Origin: Felis catus | Lineage: Eukaryota | Assembly: GCF_018350175.1 (NCBI RefSeq) | Contig: NC_058373.1 | Location: forward strand, 115,136,001-115,200,000 | Direction of reading: 5' to 3' | DNA length: 64,000 nucleotides | Shown: positions 23,562 through 36,882 of the stretch, in pieces | Numbering within the stretch: the stretch's first letter is position 1 | How the letters are laid out: each line of letters opens with the position of its first letter | The notes under the pieces: generated by a model | Told to the model about the DNA's origin: nothing | Database searches by the model: none | The model's input: only the letters and a program-made list of their open reading frames with translations | Program-made: the position numbers and the translations under genes

Positions 23562-23892
23562 GCAGATGTTGGCAAGTGACAGTCCATGGACTGAATCCTT
23601 CCTGCTGCTTCTGTATGGCCTGTGAGCCAAGAATGGTTTTTATATTTTTAAATGATTGGGGAAAAAAATCAAAAGAATAATATTTCACGATACATAAAAA
23701 TTGTGAGCTCACATATCAGTGCCTATAAAGTTTTATTGGAACATAGCAATGTTTATTCTTTATAATTATGAATATAAATATGGCTGTGTTTGTGCTGCAG
23801 TGGCAGTGTTGGATGGTTGTGACATAGACTGTTTCACCCCAAAGCCTAGACTTTAAGATATTGGACCCTTTCTAGAAGAGATTTGCCACCCT
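23562..23892. mobile_element. MER58B-like hAT-Charlie element
   Basis: gttggcaa...tgtatggcctgtgagccaagaatggtttttatatttttaaatg...aaagttttattggaacatagc...caaagccta...ccctttctagaagagatttgcc. Confidence 0.82.
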
Positions 23893-26239
23893 ACCCCTAG
23901 ACGCAAACAAAGAGTGCTCAATAAGTATGTGCATGAATGGAATAACTGTCAGAGCTAGGATTTTAGAGGTCATGCACTTGCCCAGGGTCCTAGGGCCCAG
24001 GCTCCAGAACCTGACCTAAAACCTAGTATGCTACCAAGACCACCTTCTTCCAAGGCTCCACTAGGGGAGCTGTCTGGTCATGTGACCTGGCAATTTTAGG
24101 GCAGAATGTCTGCCTTTGGTGTCTGAGGCCTCTAACTTCCTTAGCTTCATTAAGCCATTCCGCCTACTGCCACCCTTCTTTTGATGGGCTCCACCCCTGC
24201 CTCCTCCCATTTCCCACCCCATTTTCCAACTACCCACACCTTCCCAACTTTCCACCCAAGGTCTGAATTCAATTATCAGGAACTGATGGTTTCAGACTGG
24301 CTGGATAAAGGGATTATTATTCTCCAGTGTGGAAAAATGTATGTCTGTAGTGTGGGCTCAGAGCAGGATGGAAAAGTTGGCTCTGTAGCTTTTTTTTCCC
24401 TCCCCCATCTGCAAAGAATCCTCCCTTCCCTGCAACCCCCAACCCCCCAAGTCTTTTCTCCTTCCCATAAAACATGTGTACTGGCACAGAGCAGGATGCA
24501 GGCAGTGGAAGGGGTTTTACCATTACTTAGATCCAGTGCACCAAGTTGCTGCTGGTTTTTTCCCTCTCTGGAGTGGCTTCTCGGTGAAGAAGGCACGCAC
24601 TCCTTGGCCTGAAACCCGTAGCACACCTGCATGGCTGTGCCTGCCATAAGCAGCTTGCCAAGAAACCAAAACTCTCAGATACCCTGAAGTTGAGGAAAGG
24701 CATGCCAGTTCAAAAAAAGTCCCCTCTTCCTCTTCGTGCCTACCTTACCTGCTCCTGTGGCTGCACTTGAACACTTACTCCAGAGGCATTGTAAAATGAG
24801 GTGCTTATAAAATACACCGCCTTCGTTACCCAGTGAGCTCTAGTCTTTGTGTGTACATACACACTCGTAACTGTGAGACTCCCACCGGACATACGTAAGT
24901 GGGTGTCTTCTGGGGGGCAGTTCATTTGTAGAGTCTCTGGTTACAAATTCCACAGTCACCCTTCGTCTTGGTCATAATTGCTCAGGTATAGAAGAAAAGA
25001 ATCATGTAGGAACAGGCCCTTGAGAGTTCTGGGGCAGAGTTGTGCCATGGTCAAGTTCAGTTTTCCATCTTGGTTTCTCTTATCTACAGTTTGGGATTTG
25101 GAGTTATAATGGAGAAGGTGTTAGGGAGGCAGTGGGTCCAGCTTCCCCCTTGGTCATTCCTTAAGCAGATACGGGGAAAATCATTGGAAGTTTCCTTTCG
25201 AGGAGTAGCAGAAGGAAGAGTATCTTACCTCTTTACACGTGGTCACACCATGCAGGCAAAAGACCAGAATTGAAAATAAAATTATATGCATAGTACACAG
25301 CTTGCCTCTCTTCCTGAACCAGAGAGGAATCAGGGTCTCAGCTGTGCAGCAGCCTTTCCCAGATCTCGCACAACTCCTTCCCTTTACCCAGGATCTTAAG
25401 AAACTTGCTTTAGGACCTTAGGCAAATCAGTTGACCTCTTTGTGTCTCCTTTAAAACAGAAATCGAATCCTTAAGGATGTTAGGTTGGTGTTGTGTAGAC
25501 TAATAAAAATGATTGGAGGGCACCTGGCATATAAAATGTGTGGTGTAATTCCCAAATAATAACAACAACAGGGTTGGTATGTGACCCACTGTTGAGTCAT
25601 GCTGGGCAGGAGACTTTATGCAGATGACATCCTTTGCTGCCTTTAAAAAAAAAAAAATGAAGATGCAAAGTCATTGTGTTGGGGATAAGGAATTGGGAGG
25701 AGGTGTCAAACTTGACCAGTTGAGGAAGTTTTGGTTACTTCTGGAAACCCCTTTGCCTTCCAGAAAGCTCATGTTTCCATAGTCTGATGGTCTCAACCCA
25801 GCTGGCTTGCTGACTCATGTAAAAAGCTTTTGATTTTCATTCTCTCCCTTTCCTGAGCATTTGCTGAGAAAACTCAGTATTTTACTTGTTTCTGATTTCC
25901 ACCCCCCCCCCCCCGCCCCGCCCAAGAGTGTTTCCATGACACTTTAGGCCATGTTAAACATCACACAAGCACCTAAAGCCATTTTAAAATCTCATCTGTA
26001 TTTCTGTGCAGCAGAGTGAGAAAGCATGGCAGTTAGTGTTCACTGAAGAGGGAAAACGTTGAGAACAAGGCTCTCAGGGGTATGATACGACTTTGGCTCT
26101 TCATGTTGATGTGCTGGAGAGATGTTGACAAGTGGCCCTGGCTCATCTTGCATCTCTGAAGGGACCTGGAGTCAGAGATAATGTACACTGAGCTGAGAGG
26201 TGAGAATAGGCAGGAAGTTGACATGTACAGAGTATCATT

Positions 26240-26450
26240 TGTGTGTCAGGCTCTCTGTGTGTCATCCCATTTAAAGCCCTTAGGAAAGCCTGTGAGCTGC
26301 GTGGTCATGTAACCATTTTACAGATGAGAAACTAAGGCAGAGAGAGGTTACATAACCTGCTCAGAGACAGGCAGTTGTCTGTGGGGAAGCTGGCTGGGAT
26401 TTGTGCCGAGTCTGTCTAACTTTGCTGCCCGTGGTCTGCTGAGCACCACA
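26240..26450 (-). mobile_element. MIR
   Basis: ccattttacagatgagaaactaaggcagagagaggttacataacctgc. Confidence 0.75.
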
Positions 26451-27203
26451 CTGCGTGTGCTGAGTGGCAGCAGGCTTCTCTGAGACCCATTTCTTGTGTC
26501 ACCCTGTTGGAGCACTCGGGGCAACCTTCAGATGATTCTTTTGACAGAGGAAGAAAGACTCCATCTGTGTTTCCTCCCCTGGATAAAGGATGCAGGAGTC
26601 ATCTCTGGGTTACTGTGTTTGCCTCTGTGGTGGTTTCTGTTCTCATGTACTGGGACCCTTGATTGTTTGGTTCCCAGTTTAGGCACACAGTTTACCAGGG
26701 CGGTTCTATTCTTGGAAAGGAACAATAGGGACCACAGCAAATTGTTTGCTAAATGAGGATGTAGTTCCCAAAACATCCGCAGAGCATCTTCCTGTCGGTT
26801 GTAAACACTGCTGACGAAGTGATGTAATCTCTCCGTGGTGTAATTACCTGTGACTATAAAAAGACTTGGGGATTGTGGGAGGAGGCTGGATGGGTCATTA
26901 TAGGGCTTGCTGAACCCTGGCGTCTCAAAAAGACATTGAGAAATTACCCTCCTCAGGCTAATTGTTGTGCCATGTTTAGAACATTGCAAACACATGGTAT
27001 CAGCTTTGCACTGTAACTTTTGAAGAACAGAAACCAGGAGTCCACCAAACTGAACACCTAAGTGGGTCTCAGTCGGGCTAAAGCTCTCAGTAAGCACAGA
27101 TTCCACCTTTGAAGCAAAGGTGCCCTACTACCCTGGCCTAATTTGTGAGCTAGGATTTTACCCTTACCTGCCCAACTCCTGCAAAAGGGGCCACAGGGCA
27201 CTT

Positions 27204-27206
<3 letters not shown>

Positions 27207-27254
<48 letters not shown>
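27207..27254. repeat. (AC)24 perfect microsatellite
   Basis: Direct reading. Confidence 0.97.
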
Positions 27255-27255
<1 letters not shown>

Positions 27256-27657
27256 AACCTAGGGTCAGCTTCCAGAGTTCTTAATTATTCTAGTAGGTTT
27301 GCAGATGAATCCTTTCATCACCTCTTACCCGCTGGGAGATTCCTTTCCTCTGCATCACTCAGGAGTGTGAGCCTGCAGAGGGCATGAGCAGCCCTCACTC
27401 CCATTCCAGGTGGCTGGTGCTAGTATGACTGGTTCCCTGGAGTGTGGCCAGATCAGGAGTGACCTTGGCAGGCCTTGTGTTTAGTGTTGAGGCCCCGAGG
27501 GACAGCAGCATTTAGAGACAACCTTTTATGCTGCTGGGTGAAAGAGAGGGGTGCTGGCTGCTGATCTCTCCTAGCCCTGTTCGTGCACCTCACCTGAAGC
27601 CAATGTAAAGCATGAAATCTGAATGTACCAGAAGATAAGGGTGAGATTATAACTATT

Positions 27658-27769
27658 TATTTAAAAAGTTTATTTAAGTAATCTCTACTCCCAATGTAGG
27701 ACTCAAACTCACAACCCCAAGATTGAGAGTCGCATGCATGGTCTTCCAACTGAGCCAACCAGGAGCCCT
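27658..27769 (-). mobile_element. Short tRNA-Lys-like CanSINE
   Basis: Minus strand ggctcagttggaagaccatg...gactctcaatcttggggttgtgagtttgagtcctacattggg followed by gtagagattactta; TSD agattataa(c/t)tatt. Confidence 0.85.
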
Positions 27770-27969
27770 AGATTATAATTATTAAAAAAGGATTGTCCCC
27801 TAGCATTTGTTCACATAGCTGTCTCTTGTCAGGTGGCATAGGATTCAACTCATAAACACCTTAAAATAGTAAATACCACCTGCAGTTCTCGTGGTGGCAC
27901 TGAGGTCACTAATGCAGCTCAGGGTAACATCTATCTGTTATCCTTCAGGTCCGCCCCTTGCTTGTTTGT

Positions 27970-28585
27970 TGCTTTTAATTCCAGTGTAATGAACATGCAG
28001 GGTTATATTAGTTTCAGGTGTACAATACAGTGATTGACAATTCTGTACATTTGTTGTGATCATCACAGTAAGTGCACTTGTAATTCCCTTCACCTCTTTC
28101 TTTTTAATTTTTTTAAATGTTTTTATTTTTGAGAGAGAGAGAGAGAGAGCGTGAGCAGGGTAGGGGCAGAGAGAGAGGGAGACACAGAATCTGAAGCATG
28201 CTCCAGGCTCTGAGCTGTCAGCACAGAGCCCGATGCAGGGCTTGAATTTGTGAACTGCAAGATCATGACCTGAGGTGAAGTCATGATCAGCTGATGGACT
28301 CAGCCACCCAGGCGCCCCCCCCCCTTCACATATTTCATCTGTACCCCCCACTCGCCTCCCCTCTGTTAACCGTATGTTTGTTCTGTGTAGTTAAGAGTCT
28401 GGTTTTTGTTTTTGTGTTTTGAGGTTTTTTGGGGTTTTGTTGTTGTTCTCTTTTTTTTCTTTGTTTGCTTGTTTTGTTTCTTAAATTCCACTTACGAGTG
28501 AGATATGGTATTTGTCTTTCTCAGAAGACTTATTTCACTTAGCATTATATCCTGTAGATCCATCCATGTTGTTGCAGAGGGCAGC
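27970..28585 (-). mobile_element. Carnivore L1 3' end (L1_Carn-like), interrupted by a SINE
   Basis: gttatattagtttcaggtgtacaatacagtgatt...cttaaattccac...gtatttgtctttctc...gacttatttcacttagcat...catccatgttgttgca. Confidence 0.85.
28097..28318 (-). mobile_element. CanSINE inserted in L1
   Basis: Full body; TSD cccttcac on both sides. Confidence 0.93.
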
Positions 28586-28619
28586 ATTTCATTCTTTTTT
28601 TATTGACTCCTTGTTTTTA

Positions 28620-28855
28620 GAGAAGCAGTGTAGTCTGATCAAAAGCGTGGACCTTGGAGTCCAGTTGCCTGGGTTTGAATATTTTGAATACGGCCCCTAC
28701 TCATAGCTCTCTGTGTTACCCTGGATAATTTTTCTGACCTCGCTGCCAATGTTTCCCTAAAATGGTCATGATAATAGTGACTACTTCATAAGACTGTTGC
28801 AAGAATTAAATAAGAATGTATATATATAAAGCACTTAGGACATGGCCTGGCATAC
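28620..28855 (+). mobile_element. MIR
   Basis: agcgtggaccttggagtccagttgcctgggtttgaat...gataatagtgactacttcata...aaagcacttagga. Confidence 0.75.
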
Positions 28856-29665
28856 AAAGACGTAATTTCCAAGTTGAAAGATCAGATTCTAGCAGCAGTT
28901 GCTACAGTCTGCACTTCTGCTGCCACACAGCTAGTTAATTCAGACAGACTCAAGGTTGGAAGGTATGCCTTGTTTCTTCTGTAGTCTTAGATTCTGTTTG
29001 ATTCAATTCAGTACATACTGAGTAGAGTTGGCTGCATACTGCCTGAGTTATTCATAATTCATAAGTCTGTAATTCTCAAATACTTCCGTGTTGGCATCTC
29101 GCATATGAAGACAAGGAGAAAAGGGCAGCAGTACCCCTTAGCAATGTTGTTGCTGGGGTAGGGGTGGGGGATCAGCTAGGTAATCTCACAGTAAGCCATT
29201 TGCTTCGGAGAGGGTCTCTTGTTGGCATTTCAGAGCCAGAGTTCCTCAAAGCTGCTGTTTGTTAGGAACCTTGGGAGTCATTTTGCAAATTAAAGACATT
29301 TTTCCTTTTATCAGCACCATGATGTGATGGGAGGATTGTATTTTAAAAGATTCTTAAACACATCTGGGAGAATACAACATGAGAATTAAGTAAGAACTCT
29401 CTTGTCTCCTCTCCCATATGGTAATCCTTTTGCCCCCTCCTACTTTTCTTAGCTATTTTGACAGCATTTCTTCTTTTAAGAGCCCTTTTCTACCTAGATT
29501 CATTTGCTTCCCCGGAGATGGGGATTTTCCCCATGTTTAGCTTCTTTGACTTGTTAACTCTGCCAGTAGCAGGTCTCCTAAAGTACAATTGTTTAATCGT
29601 TCAGAATTCTGGGAAGTAGTGCGGGGCAGATAAACAGGTTCTCTTCAAGATTTCTTCTTTGCAAA

Positions 29666-29668
<3 letters not shown>

Positions 29669-29696
<28 letters not shown>
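29669..29696. repeat. poly(T) tract
   Basis: Direct reading. Confidence 0.95.
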
Positions 29697-29700
<4 letters not shown>

Positions 29701-32700
29701 CACAAAAGTATTTTAGGCATTTCAACCCAAGAGGGGAAATGTGTTTCAGGAAGTTATGGCCAAGTATAAACAGGGTTATAAAATAACTGTGCTGTAGCCT
29801 TTGTTATTCTGAGTAACAAGCAACACTTTATGAAATATGAAAGGGCCTGACAATCAGTTCTTCACATGTAGGAGACACATGTCTCCTTGGGAGAGGACAG
29901 GACCTGTGTGTCTGTTGTCACTGGCTCGAGTTCTGACAGTTGGGCCTTGTTGACTCTGGCAATGGTGGGACGTACAAGAGAATGTTGTTGGGATTGTCAC
30001 CCACCAGATGAGGAATGAGTGGGCCTGAGGAGCAGCCCAATAATGTTTACTGAGCACCGGTCAGGGAACAGTGAGGTGTGGCAGCAGATGGGAGAGAAGC
30101 CTTGGTTATTTCTGCTTCCCAGTTGATCTTAATACTTTGGGAAGGCCTTTGCAAAGGATCCTGTGGTGTCTAGAGCCGGTGTAGCCCCACTAAACCTCCT
30201 GATGACCATGCGTGGCTGCTCAGAATTGCTGCTTAATGGCCTATGAAGTTAGATGGTGACTTCAGTAGGCTGTGTGGCTCTCAGCTTCATGACTCCTGGA
30301 CAGTAGACCCCTTCGGCCTCTGATCTTTGAGGTCTTCTCCTATCATGACTCTCCAACTCAGATCTTGGTATGTAAGTGTTTGCACATAAGCTCCTTGAAG
30401 GTAAGGACAAAGTCCTTTATACATTTGCTTCTTTGCTGTAACCAGGCCAGTGATCATCCCAGGTGGACCCAACCTGGGAAAGGTACTCTATGGGGTGAGG
30501 GTCCCTCCCAGCAGGGCTGTGCAGAATCATGGCTTGTCCTGCACATGAGGAGAAAACAGCCAAGTGCACAGCCCTGTGAGCTGCAGTACCCTGTGGGCCT
30601 CTGCACTGATTTATGGTTCCCCATAAGATTCCATCCCTAGCTTTCTGGGGAGTTAAGAACGGTGTGAAAGTGCCTCTGTGCCTTAGGGGATGCAGGTGGT
30701 GAGGCTCTTCTGAGGAGAAAGGGTGGGACTGGGAAGGCTGCCTAGAAGAGTTCATTGCAGTGTGTGGACTTTCAACTTGGGTGAGGAACTTTGAACCCAC
30801 TGTGGGTGTGGGTCCCCTTAGGTGATGGGAGGGAGGAAAGGTTGGCTTTCTCCTGGGGAGGAAAGGTCAGGAGGAGGAATGCGTGCTGACTCTGAAACAT
30901 TCCCTGACACTGGGGAGGGACCAGGAGGAACAGCTTGAATGGGTTTGGCTCCCCTTTCCCACCCATAACTCCGTCTACTCTGTACCTCAAGTCAAGGCTA
31001 AGGGGACTCCTTTTCCCCCTTTACCTGCACAATAGCACCTTCAGGCCTATTCTCACTCTTCTTCCAGTGGCTGCATTCCTGTGGCTGGAATCCTGCCTCT
31101 TCCCCTCCCTCCCAAACCTCTCATCATCCTTCCAAATCCAATTCAGTCATCTCCTCTATGAGACACCGCTCATCCCCTTACCAGTAGGGTTAATAGGGTC
31201 TGGGGGAAGGAGAGTAGGCTTTGTGTGTGTTTCTTGAACTAGCAGGCACTCCTAGTCCTTTCTCTTGAGGATGTCAGAGAGGTTTTCTGGTGATGGACAG
31301 GATTCCAATTCCTAGAACCTTGACTATCTTTGATTTGAAGGAATTGGACAGTTTGTTAAGACTTCTGGGAATTGCAGCTTTGGGAAGCCCAAATCCTTTG
31401 TTCTGCAGATCATGTTGCACATACCCTATAGACTTGCTGCAAGGCCTCCCGACTCAGGGCTGCCCGGGCACATGCTGGCTTTGGTATTTTCCTAAGCACA
31501 GTACCTCATTTAGCAGGCATGGGTGGACATAGGGTTGGCAGGGAATTCTAGAATGCCATGGAGGGCTTTCTGGGGCCAGGTACTGGACTGGATCGTGGTG
31601 GACGTTCTCACGTGCAGTTGGGTTCTCAGGGAAAGCCTGTGAGGAGGGCACCTGCAGCCAGGAGCAGTGCTGTAGACCGGGAGGAGCCCGGAGCTGATGG
31701 TTTGGCACTCTGCTGTGCTCACAGGCACTTGTTGATGCTCCTGCCGAGCGCCAGGACTATGCCAGCTGCAGTTCTGCATGGTGCGTGTCCCGGCCAGGGA
31801 AGTCACTGTACCACACGGGATGCACATGAGAGGGGTTTCTGGCTCGGATTAGGGGGGCCGTGGTAGCCTTTTCTGAGAGAGAGAGAGAAGTCTACACAGA
31901 GAGCTGAAGGCAAGTAGAAGCTAGCAGGTAAGGAAGACAAGATGGCAGAGTAGAATTAGGATTGTAGTCTTTGGGGCCAGAAAGCCTGGTTTGAAGCCTA
32001 GCTCTGCCACTAACATGTAGTATAACTTTGAGCAAGTTTCTCAAAGTGAACGTCCCTCAATTTCTCTCTGTGTGACACTGGGATGAGAGCACACTGACTG
32101 TACAGGGCCGTGGTGTAGCATCATCGTTGCTGTTCTGTGGCACCTCGCCAGTGGCAGGGACAGCCAGCATGTTGGAGACATGTGTAGGGAAGACAGGGAG
32201 AGAGTCGAGTGTCGCGTCTGCTCGCTTCCCTGACCTTTGCTTTGCAGCTTGCTGTGACACTTCTGTTGAAACTTCGGAAGTCCAGTATACTCTGTCCTCC
32301 AGACTGGCATGCCTCTTGCCCTGGTGGATGAAGGAGTGGTCTCTGCCTTGGTGAAGGAAGTTTGGAAGCTGAGGTTTCAGAAGGAAAATAAAGTCTAGCC
32401 TTAGTCTGAGGGGCCTTAGTCTTAGTCTTAGTCTAGCCTTCAGATTGGGCTGAACTTCACCAGCAGTGCAGTTTGGGGGAAGCATCTGGGAAGTGAGATG
32501 CTGCTGGTGGAGCAGGTGCCTTTCCTGCTGAGTTGTTCCTGTTGAGGACGGGAGGAGAGGGAGTAGGAGGAAGGGCAACAACTCTGTGCTGGAGTGTCTT
32601 CATGATCAAAGGGTTAAAGAGAAAACAAACACCAGTGAATGGATTCAGGGTTGAATGAGTCTAAACAGGGAAATAGGGCTGGAGGAGGGTATTGGTTTGG

Positions 32701-34559
32701 GTACAGATTGTGGAGAAGATTGGGGATGAGAAGAATGGCCTTTACGTTCCTATTTGCCCATAGGAACCGGAAGTGACCAGCTAAGTAAGGCCTGTTCCAG
32801 CCTGCTGGAGGGGTGGGGTCACTCAGGACAGGCCCCTCGTGCTCTGCCTCAGCCCAGCCAGCGGGTGGGAGGCGTGTCTGACAAGGACCCCTTATTTCAG
32901 CCAGTCTGCCTCACAGCACAGGGTCCCCTGGGGGTCTAGCTCCAGTCTGGGAGCACTGTGGGAGGCTCCTAATTGATTTGGAAGGGAGAGGAGGGGAGGA
33001 GCAAGCAGCTGGCATCTGTGGCGTGCGGATGTTTTCCAGGCCTCTTCAGCTTGGATCAGAGCTGGGGTAATTGGAGACGTCGGGGTGAGGCTGTCTGTGA
33101 TTTGATGTGTTTGGGGGTGCAGAGAACTGTTGTGACTTCCAGCAGAGAAGTGTCTCAGGTTTCTTCAGCGTGGCTCTCAGTAGAGGAGCTCCTTCTCCAC
33201 GCCGTTGTTCTCTGTACCTTCTGGTTAGGCGTTCAGACGCTTTGAGGTCCCAGCCTTGGCGTTCAGAAATTCTGTTAGCGGTAATGGCAGACCCTGGCCT
33301 TGCAGGAAAAATGAAGATGTGAATAATAGGATTAGATGAGGTAATATGTGTACAAGTGCTGGGTAAACAATAAAAGTCTGTTCTAATGGAAGGGATTATT
33401 ATAATGTTCCTTTTTTTAGTCAGCATCTCTTCTCTGAATTGCTCAAAGCACTTGGTTGACACTAACTGGTTAATCCGTCATTTATCCCTGGATGGGAGGG
33501 TGGTATTTAATAGCCCCCTTTGTATACAGGATCAAACTGAAGTTTCCAACAGAGCCCCAAAGTTTGAAGCCCAAATCTATGGAGTCTGAATCTAAAGCTT
33601 GGGCCTCTGAATGTGATAATGCCTCATTTCTGGGAATAAAAGAAGGTGAAAGGAGAAAGGGAGAGATCATTAAAAACATCTAATGTTTCTTTTCACAGAC
33701 AGCTAGTCAGGTCAGACAAGGTTGCCACAGTCAGGATTTTGAGAGACGTGGAAATCTGACATCCATTTTTCTCTGAGAAGCCACGGAGTCCCCGTTGAGA
33801 ATTAGGCCTTGGTATATGCTAGAGAAGCAGCAGGCTAGTCAGTGTAGGTTTGGGACAAGGGACACAGAGAGGGAGCTGCAGCGTTCTTAATTTTGTTCTG
33901 TTCAGGTTGTGCTTGCAGTCCTTGAAGTGCCAGGCTCTGCACAGCGGTTCCAGCTTCCTGGCACACACCAGTGCAAACCCACTCACTACTCCATCGTGTC
34001 CTGGGAGGCGTCAGGGCACCCGTAGCAGGTGCTTGTTGTATTTTGCAGGTCTCAGGGGGAAACCCCAGGGAGGTGGGTTCAGAAACCTCCCTGAGTGTGT
34101 GGCCCAGGCCAGTTTTACTGCAGAACAAATGCCTACAGCCTACATTTGGTGGCATGGCATCTGGGCAGATCAGTCTCGGGTCAGTGCTGCAGTCAGGGAA
34201 TAGCCTAGGCCCGCTGGCTCACCTTTCTCCCTTCTGAAAGGTCTCACTAGTCAGGAGCTAGTGAAGACAGGTCCCATTTTGTTCACATTGCTAAATATGG
34301 TCCCGCAGGGTCACCTTTCTTCCCATGCCCATGCTTTCCCGCCTCTGGTGAAGGCTTAAAGACAGTTTGTATACTTTCTTGCACACGGTCTTGAACCCTG
34401 GAAGCAAGAGAAGAATGTGCTGAGTTGGGAAGCTCCTTCTTCTAGTGGCAACTGCACGGTCTCCTAGGCTTGAGATTCTAGAGGTCATTCAGGTATGTCA
34501 GTTAAAAGTCACATACTTGTGAGAGAACCAGCAGGCTGAACCTTACGGGTTATATGCAC

Positions 34560-34719
34560 CACTAGGTCTCAGATTTGAGCGTGCATTAGAATCTCCTGGA
34601 GAGCTCAGATTGCTGGGCTTGCCTCCAGAGTTTCTGATTCAGCAGGCCCAAGAATTTGTATTTCTGCTGAATTCTTAATGCTGCTGCTGGTGATTTGGAG
34701 ACCACACTTTGGGAACCAG
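34560..34719. mobile_element. MER5A (hAT-Charlie)
   Basis: tttgagcgtgcattagaatctcctggagagct...cagagtttctgattcagcagg...gaccacactttgggaacc. Confidence 0.8.
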
Positions 34720-36841
34720 TTTACACTTGGGGTGAACAAGCCCATCTGACCCTTTTCAGAGCAAATTTGGTAAGGTGGGAACAGAGGGATAGAGAGGTCT
34801 CGAACCCACTGTGAGGCGAGGTGGTGGTTCAGAAATAGAATGTTGCAGGCAGACCAACATAATTTAGAACCTGGAAAAAGTTAAGTGAGTAAGGGAGGAA
34901 GCTTACAGGGCTGTCACTTACCTTCTCTGAGCTGGCCCTGGTCCTTACTGACTGTCCCGCAGAGAGTGGGGGCCAGATGTAGTGAGCCTCTGGCTAGGTC
35001 ACCTTGGGCATCCTCCCTCCACTTCTTATTCTGCCCTCCTGGGCAGCAGGCAGCTCTCAAAGTGTGCATTTTAGGAAGTCTCCACAGCTTGAGTTCTGTG
35101 GTATGAAGAGCAGGGCCCTAAGCTGGGGGTGCCAGGCATCAGCCCAGCAGTGCTTCTAAAGAACAGTAACTAAAGGCCCATATTTTGCTCAGGAGTGACG
35201 TGAGGGTTGGACTAGCTTTCCGGGGCCCTTTGAGCTCTGGGATTCTCTAATGTCTCTTCTGACAGCTTCTGCCCTCGCAGTCAGGAACTTCTGCTTGTTA
35301 CTTGTTTTTTTTTTTTATGTTTTATGTGCGTGAGAACTTCTGCTGATAAGCAATATTGATCAGATGCCTATCCAGAGACTGGCTTGCCAAAAGTGAAACT
35401 AGAGAAGAGTTTGGGAATTGGAGTAACTTCTTTCTAGAGAGTCTCTGGGCCTCTGCCATTACTGTGTTGCTTCCATAAGACCTGTGTCCAGAGAGGAATG
35501 ACTTAGCATCCTTGTCCAGTCCTGATCCTTATATTCCACATTGCCACACTCGACTGCAAGGTCTCACAGGCTTTCTGTTCAGTTCCCATTTCCAGGGTGA
35601 TCAGGATTGCTATTCCATATCCTCCACTGCCCGGCACGGTGCTCGCGGTCAGCCTGGGTAAATATTTGCTGGGTGGACAGAATAGAGGGTTGTATCCCTG
35701 TACCTCATTTCTTTCCTTCCATTTCTCCCCTCCTTCCAGCCTGGCAAAATTGTCTTCCTTTGCCCTTCCCCCTTTCCTTCCTCTGTGCTCATTTTACCTC
35801 CCCTGCACTCTGGCAGAGCGAGCCTTCCATATTTGTGTGTTGAGTGTGGTAGGGACTGGGGTGTGCCTGAGATCACGGAAGGCCCTACAGAAGCCATCTA
35901 TATGAGGGGCACTTCCAGAGTGCCCCAGCCTTTGCCTTTTCCCTTTTCTCTTTGCCCACTTTTCTAGGGTAGCTATAAGTTACAGAATGTTTTCACCATC
36001 CCAAGGGGAATTTGTTGTTCTTCAGATCGAATTTGACCCTGTTTTCCGCCTTTATTTCCTGCTGTTTGTATTGGCAAACTAAAGGACTCCTGGCTTGGAA
36101 AGAATTAGCTCGTCTGCCTCAAAACCATTGTCTGGCCCTGTCTCTCCAGCCTCTGTCTGAAGGGGCGAACAGAAGATTTCTCAGCCTTGGCTAATTGTCA
36201 CTTAGCCCCTCTGGTCCTGCCCGGGTGGCTTTCAGGAAGCTCAAGCACTGAACAGCCCAAGGTTTTCACTGAAACAAGGAAAGATCGAGATTGCTTTCAT
36301 TCATTTTAAGTGAAATCACCAGCCTTTTGATGATTCCATTAATTTCCTCCCTTCTGAAAACCCTCCTGTTAGTAGTAATTGGAAATCCTGCCCCTGTTTC
36401 TCATTTCCCCCCACTACCCTGCTTTAATCTGAGACAGCTGGCTGCTGCACTCTGCTTTTTCATTTGCTGGAAGAGTGGTTTGAAGATGATTTTAATGACA
36501 GGCTTCAACAGTACTTGCAGAAGCTGAGACTGTTTCTGCACTTAAGTTCTCACCCACTCGGGAGCCTCAGTCTTGCTCACCTGCTCCTATAAAATTTTAC
36601 TTAGTTCTTGGTGTACAGATGGGAAGGAGTCCCCAAGGTCTCTTGTCCCAGGCAGTCTATGCAAACTTTTTATCACTCAGCGTTTGTAGACCACCTGTGG
36701 TGTGCCAGACACAGTTCTAGTTACTGAGTGTTTCCCTGGCACCTCCTTCCTGCCCTGGTGGGAGTGCAGAGGCCTAAGGAGGTGAGGTTGTAGCAGGTCG
36801 CTGGCTGCCCATACACCTTGGGAACCGTAGTCTCTGAGGCT

Positions 36842-36844
<3 letters not shown>

Positions 36845-36877
<33 letters not shown>
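36845..36877. repeat. (TC)n microsatellite
   Basis: Direct reading. Confidence 0.95.

Positions 36878-36882
<5 letters not shown>

Noticed and set aside
27658..27769. tRNA-Lys-like sequence (also 39396-39504)
   Set aside because: Degenerate stems, SINE-type 3' extension, A-tail and TSDs indicate short SINEs, not tRNA genes
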